A stretch of DNA of 64,000 nucleotides from Trichosphaerium sp. ATCC 40318 (GCA_038496445.1 JALMLS010000507.1:124001-188000), one strand, 5' to 3'; shown: positions 11,612 to 26,262, numbered from the stretch's first letter. The notes: generated from the sequence alone by a model not told the origin. Numbers and translations: made by a program.

Positions 11612-13790
11612 TTAAACAATCAATGTCAATAGTAATATGACAATGGAACTGGCAGCTATAACCGATGCATTTGATGGCGAACCTTGTGTAGGCTCAGTTG
11701 TAGGTTCTGTAGGAGATTCTGTTGTTGATATTGACGGTTCCTGTGCTTGTGGCGAAATAGAGCCCATGGGTATATTTGCAGAAGGTTCTTCAGTTGTTGA
11801 GAGCATCGAAAAAGTTGTACTCTTTGCGCTTGTGATACCACCTGATTCCAGAAGTTGGAAAGCAATAGAAATCGAATAATCTCCATCTATAGAAACAAAC
11901 TCTTTGTCAGTCATTTCAATAAGTTATGTAGTATACCTTCAATAGGTGCAAAGTCTAAATAGTATGATCCTGAGTCTGAGGGAGCAAATTCAGTATAAGA
12001 CTCTCCTAGTGTAGATTCGTTAGTACTAAAGCTTTAGGTTACATTTAAGAAACTCACTTGTGTTATTAGGTAATGTTATGATAGCAGACATTGCAGTAGC
12101 TGAGATAGATGAATTAAGGGTTACCATTAGAAATTCTACTTCAACATCTTCAAATACAGTTCCATCTTTGATCTCCATAAAATCGTCTTCAGAAACAAGA
12201 AACAAGCTGACTACCTACCAATGATATTAAAATAGAGATGTTATCGTGTAACATACAGGGTCAACGTCAACTGATGTATCAATAATTTTGGCTCGAAGAG
12301 ATGTAAAGTATGATGCGCTATGGTATCCAAAGGAAACAGGGGCTCCATTGTCAAATCCTTTGCCTTTTGAATAAAATTAGTACTTTTACACGCGTTCTAG
12401 TGTACCGGCTCCAATCTCTACAACTAAATTACTTGCATCAACAACTGTTTGTGAATCGAACTCAAAGCACATCCATGCCAATGTGCCAGCCGGAACGCTG
12501 TTATTTCCACCTTTGAACTAGCAAACAGTTAGCTTACTCACTAAATATGCTACTCGTACAGGTCCAGAGAATCCGTTCCATTGTCTTAGTTGCAAGGGCG
12601 TAGAAGCGTTTGTGAATCCTGTGCTAGTATTCTCATTCGCCGAAAAATCAAAACCAAGTGGTGTAGTGAAGTTAGGACCTACAGCCGGTTCGTTCAATCC
12701 CCAGTATAAATCTACGTTCGAAACCTACATTTGTGTATTAGTAGCAACCAGAAAGACCATTCTGTAACGCACAGTTATAGTAGGATCGTCGAAACTTATA
12801 CCACTCTGGCTTAGGTTCGAATGTTTGAGATAGTATACAGAAGTTGTTTCCAACTTGAGGCGGTTAGTTAGTCACCATATATAGACACGCGTACATAGAT
12901 AGACTGCTGGTTCTATTTCGGACTCTTCGAACCTCTTTGAAAGGTGTCTTTTCTTAGTACTTTCTTCTTGTCCTATTAATTCTCTACATTCGGATCCGTC
13001 AGGTTCTGAACACTGTTCACCCCCTTGATGGCAATAAATGCGCTGAGTATCATACGCTTGGTATGCGCTACACGAGCAAGTGGATGTATTGAATAGTAAC
13101 GGGCTCTGGGGATCATAACCAGTACAACATGTTCCAACACAATGGAATTCGCAAATACCATCTACAATACAATCAAGAAAAAGACGTAAGGAAATAACTG
13201 AAAAACTATACAATGGACAAATGCATAATCACACTCTGTAGCCAGGATATTATCACTACATGTATCTCCGCAACAAGCTCCATAAGCTTTAGAGAAGAAT
13301 AAATCAGCAACATACAAGGTTACGAATAGCTACAAATACCTTCGGGGCAAGTTAGACTGCCTTGGTCATTGGTGTCGCAATCACGACCAGGAACAAAAGA
13401 AACGCAACCGAAGTTTCTAAAACCAGGTGTACACTTACCACCTTGACACCGCGCACCTACGTAAAGAAGTCACTACCGTCTTTAAGCCACCAGTTTAGTT
13501 TTTTAATACCGCATTCCTTCTCCTTACAAGTGAATCCTGAAAGTCGTAAATCACGTGATTTTAATACCAAAGAAGTGATAGGCGTACGAACCTTCAGAAA
13601 AAATGCCTGTTTCGTTCTCACAAGCGGCGAAAGATAACTCGACACAGCCTAGTCCAATACCAGGTCCCTTTCTTTCGTATCTCACACAACAAGCCCCAAC
13701 TGCATCTGGATCTGGTGGAAGAGAGCTACACGCCAACGCACTAGTGGCAAATACGAAAATAGTAAAGCAACAAGCACCTACAACGCTCAT
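11612..13790 (-). CDS. Secreted Cys-rich (GACC motifs) surface protein with Ser/Thr/Pro stalk and GPI-signal-like C-terminus, multi-exon
   Basis: Signal peptide, then VGACCVR and YGACCGD Cys-rich modules across exons. The C-terminus is TESPTEPTTEPTQGSPSNASVIAASSIVILLLTLIV*. Confidence 0.7.
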
Positions 13791-14739
13791 GTTGAAATAG
13801 TAAATATATCAATAGGGACGATTTTTGTAAGCTGTTCACACTTTCAATAAAATTTTAGCTCACCTCAAAAATGTTATTTATGCCCAATTTTTCGGTATAC
13901 TTCAGAACGCATATGTGTCTATAATTGATATTAACCAGAACTTGCTGGTAATTAATAGTGTGCTTCAATCAACTATTTCATTGAAATGAAACTGAGTTTT
14001 TTCTGCCTGGGATCATATTCTTCTCCTCTATCACCACCATGTTATGCAGGTAATTCTTTTCCATCATACTGAGTAAGGATTACATTCTTTCGTTTAAGGC
14101 ATTTTTTATCACTTTCAGTGTCCCACATAAAGCTATCATCATCTGTCTCTAGACCTAATTGTTGTAAATTGGTCATTGTTTTGAACAATCATTCTAACCC
14201 ACAGATACCTTTTGCAAATCTTTCCTTTTGGCAGCAGGTGCTTAATAAATCATTGTTTACCTACACACGGTTATAGCATATTTGATCATTTAGGTATCAA
14301 AATACAGAGGTTTCTTTTTCATAGAAGTTGATGAACACAATACCTATATGAAAATGTAAAAAAACTCACTCTTGCTTGGGTACTTGATTTCGTCAGATAG
14401 CCACAAAGCTTTCTATAGTTATGTTTTACCACTATACGAGTTTTAGAGAATTTTTCTCTAAGCAGTTGATGAAAAAGTAAAAAATGTGTCAGTCACACAG
14501 CAGTCAGCTACTCACCTGAAACTGCCGTATACGATAGGTTAAGGTTTGTATTTCAAGGGGAAGATCTTAACAGAGATGCACAATAAGTACCTTATATGCA
14601 ATTATGACGGTACAAATAGTATTTTACCGGCGTTTGATAAGCGGGGTAGTTTGTTACTTAAGGTAGTTTCCAGTGTAACAACTTCGGTGAGTAGCAGTTC
14701 AATCAATGACAGATTACGATAGAAAAAGAAAAGTAGAGA

Positions 14740-16280
14740 TCGCTTCTAAAGCAGTACGCGTTATTAGTGATTTGGAGAAAACAAGGAAAGGGACTAAAGG
14801 TGATTGGGTTGACACGTTGCGTACAACGTTAGACCCAGATGGTGCTTATAAAGGCTTGGGTTATTTTCAAAATTAGAAGGTTTAACAAAGCCGGTATTGG
14901 GTGATGTGCTTGCAGCGGTCGCAAAAGAGCTCAGGGTGGGTTCTTACCCAGATTGGCACAATATCGGTACGATATTTTTAGCAAAGGAGTCGGGAGAGTG
15001 GTTTACGGACTTGGCGAGCGTAGCATTCACTCCTAAGAGAGTTAGAGGTAGGTCAAATAGTGCACAAGGTTTTGGGACTAGGAGATCGCAAAAGGGGGGT
15101 ACTAACAACTCTCAAGGCGATACTGGGGTTACTGTTGTTGGAGTAGCGGAGAAAATGGTTGAGGAGAAACTAAGTGTTTTCCGTAAAGATTTGGAGCATT
15201 CGTTGGAAGGGTTTTTACGCGAATGATGGATACGGTAATGGAGGAATCACGAAAGCATGGTGCTGACAATGGTTCAAGAAGCCTGTGGAAGTTCTACCAA
15301 CTCCAAGTACGCAAAAAACGCCTAGTAGGGCGACGTGGGATGAAGTTAAGGCGTCAGAAGCCCTCCAGTCGAGAGCTGACGATGTCTTGATGGATATCCA
15401 AAAACGTTTGGGTGGTGGACCAATGAGTCATTAGGTACCGTTGTCTAGTATGACACACAGGGGCGCCATGCAGGAGCAGCGAGTGGGAAAGAATCCGCAG
15501 TTGACCAAAAAGTTTGGACATGGAGATACTTCGATACTTGACGGCAAAAACAGGACACTAAAGAATGTGTCACTACAAGCTCCTCAACTATTGCTATAAA
15601 TTACACATGTGTAATACTGCACATGTTGACTATCACTATGAAAAGTGTGGGATGGTCAATTAGCTCTTGAGGTATTTAAATCCAAAAATCGCTTAATCCA
15701 TTAGTACAGAACGTTGCAATTTATCAATTACACAATGCTCGCAAGCGTAAAACTAATCTCAATACATGTAAAATCAGCGCTAGGTGACACTTCACTAATT
15801 TAAACGCTTGTCAAAGCTTGTGTAATTGCTAATTTTGGGAACTCGCTTTTTCTTCATTCTTTACACCACAAACTAACGTTTTTAGCGTTTTAAACACAAT
15901 TAATGTCGTTTAAAGGTACGTTGTATCGCAATTGCGGATAGTTTCGGTACCATAATCCTTGTTTTAGACTACAACCCGTGCATTGATTTCAAGCACCGTT
16001 TATTGATACTGCCACTTCATGAAGAAGTTTGGAGATTGTAGACGTTGATGCTTTTATGTTTTGTGGTGAGGAAGACCACGTCTACAGGGAATGTAAGAAA
16101 AAATAAAAACTTGTGGGCATGGAGGTGAATAAAAAGAATTGTTTTCAAATTGCGTCTGTGTCTGAATGTGTGATAAAGCGTTTATGGTGAGAGGAGTGGC
16201 CATGGTTACGTAGTTGGATAGTATCTGGTATCAAGGTTACCAGAGGAACGGTGGTGATTGAGTCAAAGTTAACTAACTCA
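14740..16280 (+). mobile_element. Degenerate LTR-retrotransposon gag/protease-like relic
   Basis: Purine-rich, intronless stretch with a broken ORF (14897-15226). There is a decayed zinc knuckle FMFCGEEDHVYREC at ~16052-16093 (CX2CX4HX4C with the first Cys lost). It is followed by GVAMVT*LDS, which resembles a retropepsin D(S/T)G site. No RT or LTRs were seen. Confidence 0.4.
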
Positions 16281-16429
16281 AGCACGTGTAAAAATTTGTT
16301 GTCACAAGATATAGAAAGAAGCTAAGTTGGGATGGATATTTCCGTCAGAACGCTCCAAGATAGGTTTATGTTGTTGCAGCCTGTACAAAGTATTTAACAA
16401 AATAAAATTGTATTTGAAATTTACCCGTA

Positions 16430-16690
16430 AACACTCCAGCACTGAGCTTGATCAAATCGTTGTGAACAACCCCAGAAAACAATGCATATCTCAAGGATTA
16501 GCGTGGGATCAAATGACAGTCGCCATCATCTGTACCTACAATAGTACCGTTAAACACCCTCTGCTGAATAAGGAATTATTAATTAATACTACCGTTGGTA
16601 GCCACGTGGATGCTGAACTTTGGTGAAGGGATCCATCGCCGCTAACATGAATAATAAAAAGTAGTGTTGCCGTATCTTTTTGAACAAGTT
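16430..16690 (-). pseudogene. Dispersed fragment of the 5' exons of the beta-helix GPCR family
   Basis: Gapped similarity to 50380-50640 (gcatatctcaaggatt..cagtcgccatcatct.tacctacaatagtaccgttaaa..ctgctgaa.aaggaatt). The start codon is lost. Confidence 0.75.
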
Positions 16691-16738
16691 CGATTGTTTC
16701 AACACTCTACCTCTGTATCCGCGTACAAACTTTGTCCA

Positions 16739-18479
16739 TCAAACCAAAGTTAAGGGTTGCAATATTTTGCTTCTTACACGGTGCTTGTAGCAAGACATTC
16801 GCCTTAGTTTTAATAAACAACTCGCTTAATTTACTTTATTCAACTTACATAACAATAACACCAATAATCAGTATCACATGCCACAATGTGTAAACTAGCT
16901 TGCTATGGCTGTTGTGGCATGTCGTGAATTTAGTATCGAGAATCTGTGAAAACCTTGTAGAAAACCTTAATTGATCAACACACTGGTTTTTACCCAAGAG
17001 TATCCTTGGTGAAACTTCTTCACATTCTGATCGTTGTAATAGCATTATTGATGATTCCTAAAACACGTGATTATGTGATAAAAAGAGTACAGTATTGTTA
17101 CATTGAACGACATTGCATCAATACTAAATGATCCTTCAATGCAACCAGTCACATTTAATACAACTCTTGGCTTATCGAGCTTAAGTGTTGTATTATTGAA
17201 GTTAACGACACCTGTAGTGAAGTACAGTTAGTATACCAGAAGAGGAACTTAAACGTATACCATCAACATTTATATCACGATCAAATAAAATGACACTGTC
17301 GATTGGTATAGAGTTTCTTGAATCAATCTCGCAAATAAAGTAAGATAATTGTTGACAGTATCCATCAATCCAAACAGTTTTCGCATGCATACAATTTTCT
17401 TTGATGCCCATAAAATTCCTGTTCTCTGGCTCTACTGCACCCCAAGGCGTTGTCATAAACACACTTCCAAAATTAACTGATTCATTTGTCACAGCCTTAT
17501 TGATGTTAAAGGCACGAATTTTTAGTCATTGCACCCATTGAAAGTCAAAGTGATCTCTGAAGCCACTTGTCAATCCTAACCACCAAAAATATTGTTGCGA
17601 TCTAATACCATCAATGAACTGTTGTTCTTCTACGCTTGTGATCGTAGCAAGATACCCGCCTTGCTGTAAGCATCGCCCTAGAATATCTTAAGTAGTCGTT
17701 ATTACCGTTTTATATCTACCTTGAGCTTCAGGCCAAGTAACGTTGTTCGTAATAAAGTTGTAGCAATTTCCTGGTCAAGAATCACACGTGATTTGAACGT
17801 TTAGAAAATAGAAATAGATATTATATGTACCTGTAGAACCCCTGGTATGATCACAACGCAGTATATCCTGAGTTGTTTGTACACAGGGCACTGATACCTG
17901 AGGAACAGTATTTGATGGCGCTTCACAAACAAAATGCTCTGATGTACAATTGTTGTGAATGAGCTATTTAAAAAGGTAACTGAATAAACAACAGTTCATC
18001 CAAATGTTAAAAATAAAGACTCAAAAAGACTAGAACTCACCCCTCCAATTAGTGTCGAGCAGTTTTCGAACTCATTTGAATCCAGAAGATAGTTCGTGTG
18101 CATAGCATTAAGATGTACATCTGATTTATCGTACCAAAGGTAATGGCCTGTGTTGTTCTTTGAAATATCCAAACGCAACGTCTAGCGCTAGTTATTTATA
18201 CAATTACTCCAAAAAAACTAGTATGCGTACAGGAAATAAAGACAGCACAGACGCTTCCATAATACTGTCTATTTTGAGAGGACTGAAACCTTAAGAGTTA
18301 ATAGTTAAAATGCATTTGAGTCATGTTATAAGACCCTCACCATTCTCACACTTGTCGCTGTTTAAATCATCATGAAGAGCATAAATTGTATCCTGCCATT
18401 TACAGCTGGAAATAACGGAGCACGTGCATTTGGTGGTGTAGATAATTATAATAAACGCGAAAACAGTCGCAAAAGTCAT
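16739..18479 (-). CDS. Type I membrane protein with C-type lectin-like domains, multi-exon
   Basis: Signal peptide MTFATVFAFIII. Motifs include CYNFITNNVTWPEAQ-RCLQQGGYLATITSVEEQQFI, WWLGL, WGAVEPEN..ENCMH..WIDGYCQQLSYFICE, plus an upstream degenerate CTLD (YLWYD..HFVCE). A TM LWHVILIIGVIVM is followed by a short tail. Confidence 0.8.
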
Positions 18480-19201
18480 ACGGGTATTCAATTGTAGTTG
18501 ATGGTACCGCTTAATCTTCCAGAAACATTGTGACCGGAGAATTGTGAACATGTTCGGAATTTCATTTTTTTTTGGTAAAAAAACCCTTTACAGCATGCAC
18601 TGTTTGCTTACAGTAAGGTAACAGAACATGAGCTATTGCTGCCAAATGTACTTAGTACCAAAGTTGTGTGGCTTTACAAGCGTTTTCTCCATTACAGACG
18701 TTTGGGTAATAAGTGTGTAGCACCGGAATTTTGTAGAGGTTGACTACGTTCGTTTAGAAAGATCTCAATATTATCGGCCAATTTTTTTATCTTGTCGGTA
18801 AAGCAACAACACCAATTTGATAGCAATTGACCACAGTCAAGTTCATCGGCGCTAGCACAACGTAAAAAGAAGTCAAGGTGTTGCAAAACAAAATAAGATG
18901 TTCCACATTAGTCAACATAGTGCCAAATTTCACACGATACGGTACTTATACATCAATGAACCATTGAAGGTACACATTGTGAAGAAACTTTAAAATGTAA
19001 AAAAAAATAGTGACGCAGTATAAGGTTGTTTACAGCAATTACTGCTTAATAAAGTATGAGTTTTTAGACACAACCTTACGAACAAGGTTCTTGCACAAGC
19101 TTTTTTGGATTTTTTGCTATCAAAAAAGGAAACATCCCCAAAAAAGGGAGCTTGTCTACAATAAGCAACACTTCTCGATTTTTCTCGAAACAAAGTGCAA
19201 A

Positions 19202-19925
19202 ATGGATATTAGAAGTATTGTAAACATACATAATGCAAGAGAAGCCCAAAAACTTTTTGTACCCGACGTGGTGTGTTCCAGAAACAACAATAATACCCAA
19301 CCACCGTGTAGAGTGCTTACAGCCACAATGCCGTTGAATAAATCAGTAACACCTCAATTTATACATACGTACGCTCTAGTCGCAGTTAATATGTACTTGA
19401 GTACAAGCTATTACCCCCCTTTACCGATAGAATAGTCTTGATAGTTTACTTATTGTTGCTAGTAATTACAAGAAACCTTCATTGGAACACAATGTATATA
19501 CTACCGGCTCCAATTTCTCTACACCACTATTAGTATGCGATACATCCGCTACACCATCGGCGTGTTCTAGAAATCCCCAAATCTTGAAGAATTATGAGTA
19601 TAAAAAATTGAAACGAAAAGGCCAAGGTCCATCAAACAATACTAAATCTGGTAAAGTTTCAAAGAAAAAGAGAACATCAAGAATTAAAAAACTTCCAATG
19701 TTCATTTTATTGAAACCAACAGACATGAAAGAAAAGATTGCTTCAAAACAAAACAAAGGCGGTTCAGATTCAAATAGCAACGGTGTTGTTAATGCGCCAA
19801 CAAGCAGGTTCCACAACATACACTGGAGTTGGGAGTTTGGAATCCCTTTTCAACCCAAAGTAAAATCGCTACCTCCAATGCAACACTTTCAAAGCAAATT
19901 AGAGTTCATTCCGTATACACACTGA
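19202..19925 (+). CDS. Small basic hypothetical protein, paralog A (one intron)
   Basis: MDIRSIVN..QPPCRVLT, then a GTACGC..TAG intron, then PLLVCDTSATPSACSRNPQIL..KLEFIPYTH*. These blocks are conserved in the neighbouring paralog. Confidence 0.6.
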
Positions 19926-20819
19926 AAACACGGTAATCCTATCTGCTTAACAAACCCCTTGTGTTTTAACCAATGCAATGACACTGTCACTTTGTGAATA
20001 AAGTCTTCTCAAGCAAAGAGTTTTTGTTGACAACTGGCAACACCATGCTATGTTCATTTAGTAATATTGTAATTCTTTGTAAACGTTTGCGCGCGAGCAT
20101 AACAAAATTTGAGCCCGATTTTACCCCTGGTTCCGCCTGTATTGCGTTGCACGCAACAGGTTCTCGTTTCACAATTTTTCTAAGCTATTACCTTACAACT
20201 TCATTTTGCTTATAGAAATTGGTCGCTCCTGAAAGAACAAAAAAAAGTGAAAACCCTTTTATGTACATTTCATTTGTAACGGTGCGTTGCAACAATGTTG
20301 TAACGATTCATTAACGTAGCCCTGGCAACGATTTCATTTCATAAGTATTGCTGCTAGGACTCGCACTACCTGTAGAAAAACACGTACTATACGTTACTGA
20401 CAGTTTAAGACTACATCTTGGCCTTTTTATCAAAAACAGCTTCGACACTAGATTCCTTAAAAGGTCACTTCAAACAGCCAGAGCTCGCATTAGTGGACTT
20501 CATTACACTAGTATTTGCTAAATATGCACAAACCTTCTTGAAATGAATTTCCTAATTTGGTGGTTAAGGCGGTTTTTTCGGTTCATTTACTGATTACCTT
20601 CCTTTAAAGGAATATAAAGACATAATAGTAAGATTTGAAATCAGTGGCCGTAACAAGCTAAACGCCAACTCTATAGTCAATATTGCGGCAAAAATTAAGT
20701 CTACACGGACAGTAGATCTATGGCTTGTTTAGGAAGATTATCAAAAAAGTAAACAAACTACTTATAAGCGATTTCTCCCCGTTTGCGCAACACTTCCTCT
20801 CCATAATAGTTTCAATAAA

Positions 20820-21493
20820 ATGGATATTAGCAGCCTAGTTAACACACAGAACTCAAGAACAGAAGCTTGCATGATTCCGAATACAGCTAACAACAACAAC
20901 AAAACCAGCGATATTCAACCACCATACAAAGTGCTTACTATAACACGGCCATGTAATCATACAATCGCCAGGCCTATTATGAAAAGGTACGAACTCGCAT
21001 TATTCAAAACAATAAACGAGATTACACAGAAGCTCTTGTAATCGCTAGAAATCGGGTTTTTTCACTGCTAGAAAATACGTATTTTTTACCTTTTTTTACC
21101 TTTAAGTCTCGCCTCGTTACTTATCATATATTCTAGTAAGCCCAAAACTGAACCATTGTTCGTACGCGATACATACGCTACACGATCAGCCTGCTCAAAA
21201 AATCCTCAACTGTTGACTCGTAACCGAATTCAAACAGTTCGCACTTTCAGAACTATAAAAGCTGGACAGATTCTAAAGCATCGAAGTGGTGCCAAATATT
21301 TCATGTTATAAAACCAAATGATATTAAAACAAAGATCGAGAGGCAAATCAAAAGGTCCCAGAAGACGAAGACTTATGGATCAATTGGCACAAGTTGTTTT
21401 TTCAGTAGTTGGAAGTTTGAACCCAATAGAGGTTCAATGCCTCCACTAACACGGTTGAAACGTAAACTAGAGTTTATTCCGTATAAGCACTGA
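20820..21493 (+). pseudogene. Paralog B of the 19.2 kb gene, apparently frameshifted
   Basis: MDISSLVN..QPPYKVLT, then PLFVRDTYATRSACSKNPQLL, then ..KLEFIPYKH*. The NPQLL block and the C-terminal block are in different frames with no obvious rescuing intron. Confidence 0.5.
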
Positions 21494-23512
21494 ATGAAAA
21501 TCAATCCAATTGTTGACAAAATAGCTTGTAAATAAAGTACTTGTAGTTTAAAAACTTGAATTATACTGTGATAATGATACAAATGTGGTGTTCAAAATGG
21601 GTTGAACGCACTGTTGTCGAACTGTTTATATCTTTCCATGAGTCATTACTTTGACAATAACTTTAGGTGTACGAGCATAACATCAAAGTTGTTGAGATTT
21701 CCAGAAACCAACTTGCCATCTTTCTCTAAAACTGTCTGTTGTAATACAAAGATCTGTAACAGACTTGAAGCTACAAAATACCAAACTGCATACTTTGGCT
21801 TAAAGTACAAGATTTATTTACAAATAAATAATTTATCGTTGGTAGTTCAGAAACGGTTTCAACACGCTAATTTAGATGTCGCTTGCTTTGATTTTACACG
21901 CAAAACAACATAACTCTTGAGCCCTTTGTCAGCTTTCAACTTAAAATTCTTTGTGTGTGATGAAATTTGCTTTCTACCAGGCACTGCAAGCGCATACTCT
22001 GTTTTCTACAAATAAAAGTTAATTCCTAATTTACTTACTTTGCGAAAAAAAAAATTCTGTGAAAGCTATTTTGTTTGAACATTAAGTCTTACCCCAATCC
22101 TAACAATAAGTATCCCCGTGCATAGTTTAGGCCATATCACTCCCTCGAAACACCATATACATTTATTTGAATTTAAGAATTGAGCTTTATACGTTGTTCC
22201 TAAAGACGACAAAAGTAAGCACCAGTCACGTGATAAAACAAAAAAGAGTATTGGGTACCTGCTATTTTGAGTTCAGGTTTAACTTGGAGAGCATGAGTCA
22301 TATCTGCCTCTTGCATACCGTAGTCTGTTATTTTGATGTTATACATTGTTTGTTTATGAGGCATGTTGTTGTGTTGTAACTGTCGGGTGTTTTGGTGAAA
22401 AATGAAGTATGAATTTAGCGAAACCGAAAAAAATATTTGACAGCCAAAATCTGATGGTGCACCGCTTTAAAGAAAGGGAAGTAACCCAAACACAATAATA
22501 TTTCTTGTAAGTATTAGTACTTTCATCGTTTAGAGCGTTGGTAGTATGTACACAGCCAATAGCCAAACGTACGTTTAGTAAAAACTACAAGTTTAGAAAA
22601 TTCCTCCGAGCGCTGAAGGTTACTCGTTTGAAGCTACATACGCGAGTATGTGACATCTCTTTAGTTTTTGACACGGTACAATAAAGATTCGTTGTCCAAT
22701 AAATGAACGTGACGCCAACACTCACAAGTATCCATAAATAAATCCCTATAGTCTGAAATTAAAGACGTGGAGAGAAAAAAATAGATACCTGAACATTCGT
22801 TTAGAATAATAATTATCTGTACAGAAACTGCCACAACGCAAAAATTACTAAAAACGCGACAACAATATCATAACACAAGCATGGAATCTTTGTTTTTGTA
22901 GTAAAGTGGATAGCCCGTGATTTCTTTCTAACAACGTTTCGACACACGTGATAGCTTCATTCTTACTATGCAGACATCACAAAACTAAAGTAATAAAGTT
23001 GAATGGAAGGAGAAAAAAGTGTGTCACCGTGTAAGTGTCTAAACAAAGGTAAAATGATAGCCACTACGCACTCAATGTTCATTTGTAAACTTACAAATAA
23101 ATCGCTAACAATGTTCAAAAAAAAGATGCAAACTGCTGACTTCTCGCACCGTTTTAGACTAGTAAGATCACTGCTTATAGTATTTCTTCGTGCACGTTGT
23201 GGGTAGATCAGTGTTTGAATCATTTCAAAGGCTTAACTTAGGGTGATTCTGTTTGACATAGCGACAAATTAGATATTTGGTGTTGTTGAGAAGAGTACTT
23301 CCTGAACGACTTGAACACTGAGACGTCGATTTAAATAGATGTAACCATCCAACGTGATAATGCATGATGTCTGATACTACTTTACAGTTTTGAGAAATGC
23401 GACATCGATCCCTAAATGGGTTAAAACCAAGCACGCTCACAAACTCAAGAGTATTTATTTGATTGTACAACAACAATGTAAGACCTGTTTGTAACAAGGT
23501 GCTACCAAGAAA

Positions 23513-26262
23513 TCAAGTGTTGATTGATGTTCTCGAACGTATTGTGCCATTATCGCTAGCCGATCCTCCAATTAGAGGATCATCTTCACGAGGTGCGAAT
23601 ACATCGCTACCTCCTCTGTAGGCACGGAATTTTTTCTTTTTTTTCTCATTAATTTGAACAGATTGGAGCATTATGGCCAAAACAAATGCCATAAAACATA
23701 CACCAGCCGTTACGATCAAAGTTATCCTATAACACAGGGGACCTATAAGACATTAATACAACAAATAGAACGATAAAAAAAAGTGAACTTAAAAAGTTGA
23801 AAGGTTTCCACATACCGACACAATGCTTTATGTCTCCAAATTGTGTTGTAACAGTAACCCAGCTATACGATTTATAATAATCGTTAAAGTGTCCAGCCAA
23901 TAAAGTTGGAAATAGTTCACTGCCTATGGCAGTAGATACACCAACCAAACCATAGATACCGCCAAAATGTTTCAATCCAAACTTCTCACTCGCAATAGTT
24001 GGCCTGATATTCAATGAATAAATGACATTTGAGATAACCGTCTTTCGTACATAAGACAGAAGATACCACCATTCGCTAATCCCAATATGATTATACCAGC
24101 GTACATCATATTAATCTTGATAACGACGGTCAGTTACACAAGCAAGAAATCCAAGTATTGTTGAAAAAAAAAAACGTACTGTTGAATAAATAAAGTACAC
24201 TTGTGACAAAGCTAAAGCCGCTGTCATAAATACAAGCCATGTAGATCTAACGTATCTAAAGTATCTATCTGATAGATACCCTATTAAAATACGTCCAATG
24301 GTATTAGATACTGAGAATAAAGATACAAGCGTAGTAGTTGCTTCAGGTAGTTTTTCTTTACTTATACCGCCACTAAAAAAAAAGAAATTCAGTCAGAACA
24401 GTTGTTTGTGGTCAACTCATCCCATAAGTTCTGTAGAACGACATATAAGCCTCAAACCACGTACACATTGTTAAGCAAAAGAGAATTATCCCTAGAAATG
24501 ACAATCTCAGCTAGATTATTGACAACAGTTAGCGAGGAACCAACTGTCCTAAAGATGAAAATAGTAAGTTAACCTTGCACACAACGAAGAAATGAGCGTA
24601 CCCAAAGAAGATAAAAAAGATTAACCAAAACTCAATTGTTTTTAAAGCTTGAAGTGGAGTGTATGATGCTCCTTCTTCTTGAACAGTCTCCTTTTCCATC
24701 TGTTGTACATTTCCTTTCTCTGTATCATCAATCTTTTCCTTTTTAAAAACAATAGGACCAGTTCCAAAAACAAGAAGTTGATGTGCCCCAAGAATTACAA
24801 TAACAGCAACACCAAAAACTTTCGATGTAATATTAATTGTTGAAGTGTCACATGGCTGTTTAGTGCAAGCTCGCTTGAGAAGAACTAAAAGGTATAGAAA
24901 TAAGCTTTCACCTATTTTTGTGTATATTAATCACCTGGTGTTAGAGATCCAACAAAGAGGGTAGTGATTAGACCAATAGCAAGAGCATATGCTATATAAA
25001 ATCTTATCTGATCTCCTCTTGATGATATACTTGCTTTTTCAGGAAGTCTGTTTGAAAACAATCCTAAACACTTTTGTTAGTTCCAAGTATTTAGAACAGT
25101 TCAAGGTACCTCCTATAACACCTGTCACTGATACAATTATAGCCATGAATAACATAAGAGACGCTACATTTGAAAAAAAGAAACTGCGATAGAATTGCGT
25201 GTACTACAAGTTAAACATCAGCGCTGAACTTGACAACAATTAACACATACAATTCCAGAACATAGGCCAGCAGCACACGTGAGTATACCAGCAACCTTTT
25301 TAACAATAAGTTGCATAAGACCAAGAAGTTACTAGCATTAAGAAAGAGGCTATAAGGTAGCTCGCACCTGGCCACGATTTTCTTTCTTAAAGTTTGCCAT
25401 GTTTACATTTATCGAAATAATGTACAAGTATGCAGACCCTTGACCCACCATAAAAGCAAAGATACATACGACCCAAGATGATACGTGGAAGGTACCTAAA
25501 AAAGCCAATAAGTTTCGTTTATATCATATTTTGATCACGTGCCGTTAGTGGACAGGTACATCAGAAAGTACCTAAAGAATTAACTGAATTAATGTTGCAT
25601 ACACTTGTTGTCTCTTACCCTACTAATGCTAGTGTTGACCCAACTACAGACGCCACACGAGGCCCAAAGCGATCAAACCTACATAAACTGTAAGCAACAA
25701 CGCTTCATAGACTAGACGTACAAAAGACCACCAATAATTGAGCAATAAGCACCTACATCCAAAAACGTTCCAATCCTGCAAGAAAAGTAAGAACTTTCTC
25801 CAAAAAAAGCGCTGAGAAAAGCATGCCTGTTGATATCTTGCGTGTCGTCAATGTTTAGAACGTTACGTAAATCAACGGAGTACGCTGGGAACACGTATAT
25901 TGTCCCACCAACGCTCATAAGGTAAATACCCCATATGAGGGTCTAAAATAAGTAAAAAGTGCGGCAAATAGCTGTTGGCCAGAGAAACGAGCAATTCATT
26001 ATTGTGACACAAAAAATCGGAAAAGTCTGCCTTTGATGTAACGCAAAAACGCAAATAATAGGAAACCAAGAGCTGAGCAAGCGAATTCGCTATGGAAAAA
26101 TACAACGAAAGGTTTTACGCCAAGGGAGTAATTTACGCTCTTAACACCATACTTTACGCGTAATAAACGCAAAGACGGAAAAAATAATAGCGCTGAGTGC
26201 TAAACTCAAACAAATTACTGTGGAAACGAAGGACGTACCTGCCAGGCGTTAAAGTAGTACAT
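23513..26262 (-). CDS. MFS transporter, Nodulin-like/NFD4/Mch1 type, multi-exon
   Basis: MYYFNAWQ joined to TLIWGIYLMSVGGTIYVFPAYS..; GGLL..DRFGPR; YTPLQALKTIEFWLIF; LFSVSNTIGRILIGYLSDR; SEKFGLKHFGGIYG. Confidence 0.88.

Noticed and set aside
13960-14400. Coding-like minus-strand remnant
   Set aside because: It has an in-frame stop and no recognisable family, so it is too weak to call.
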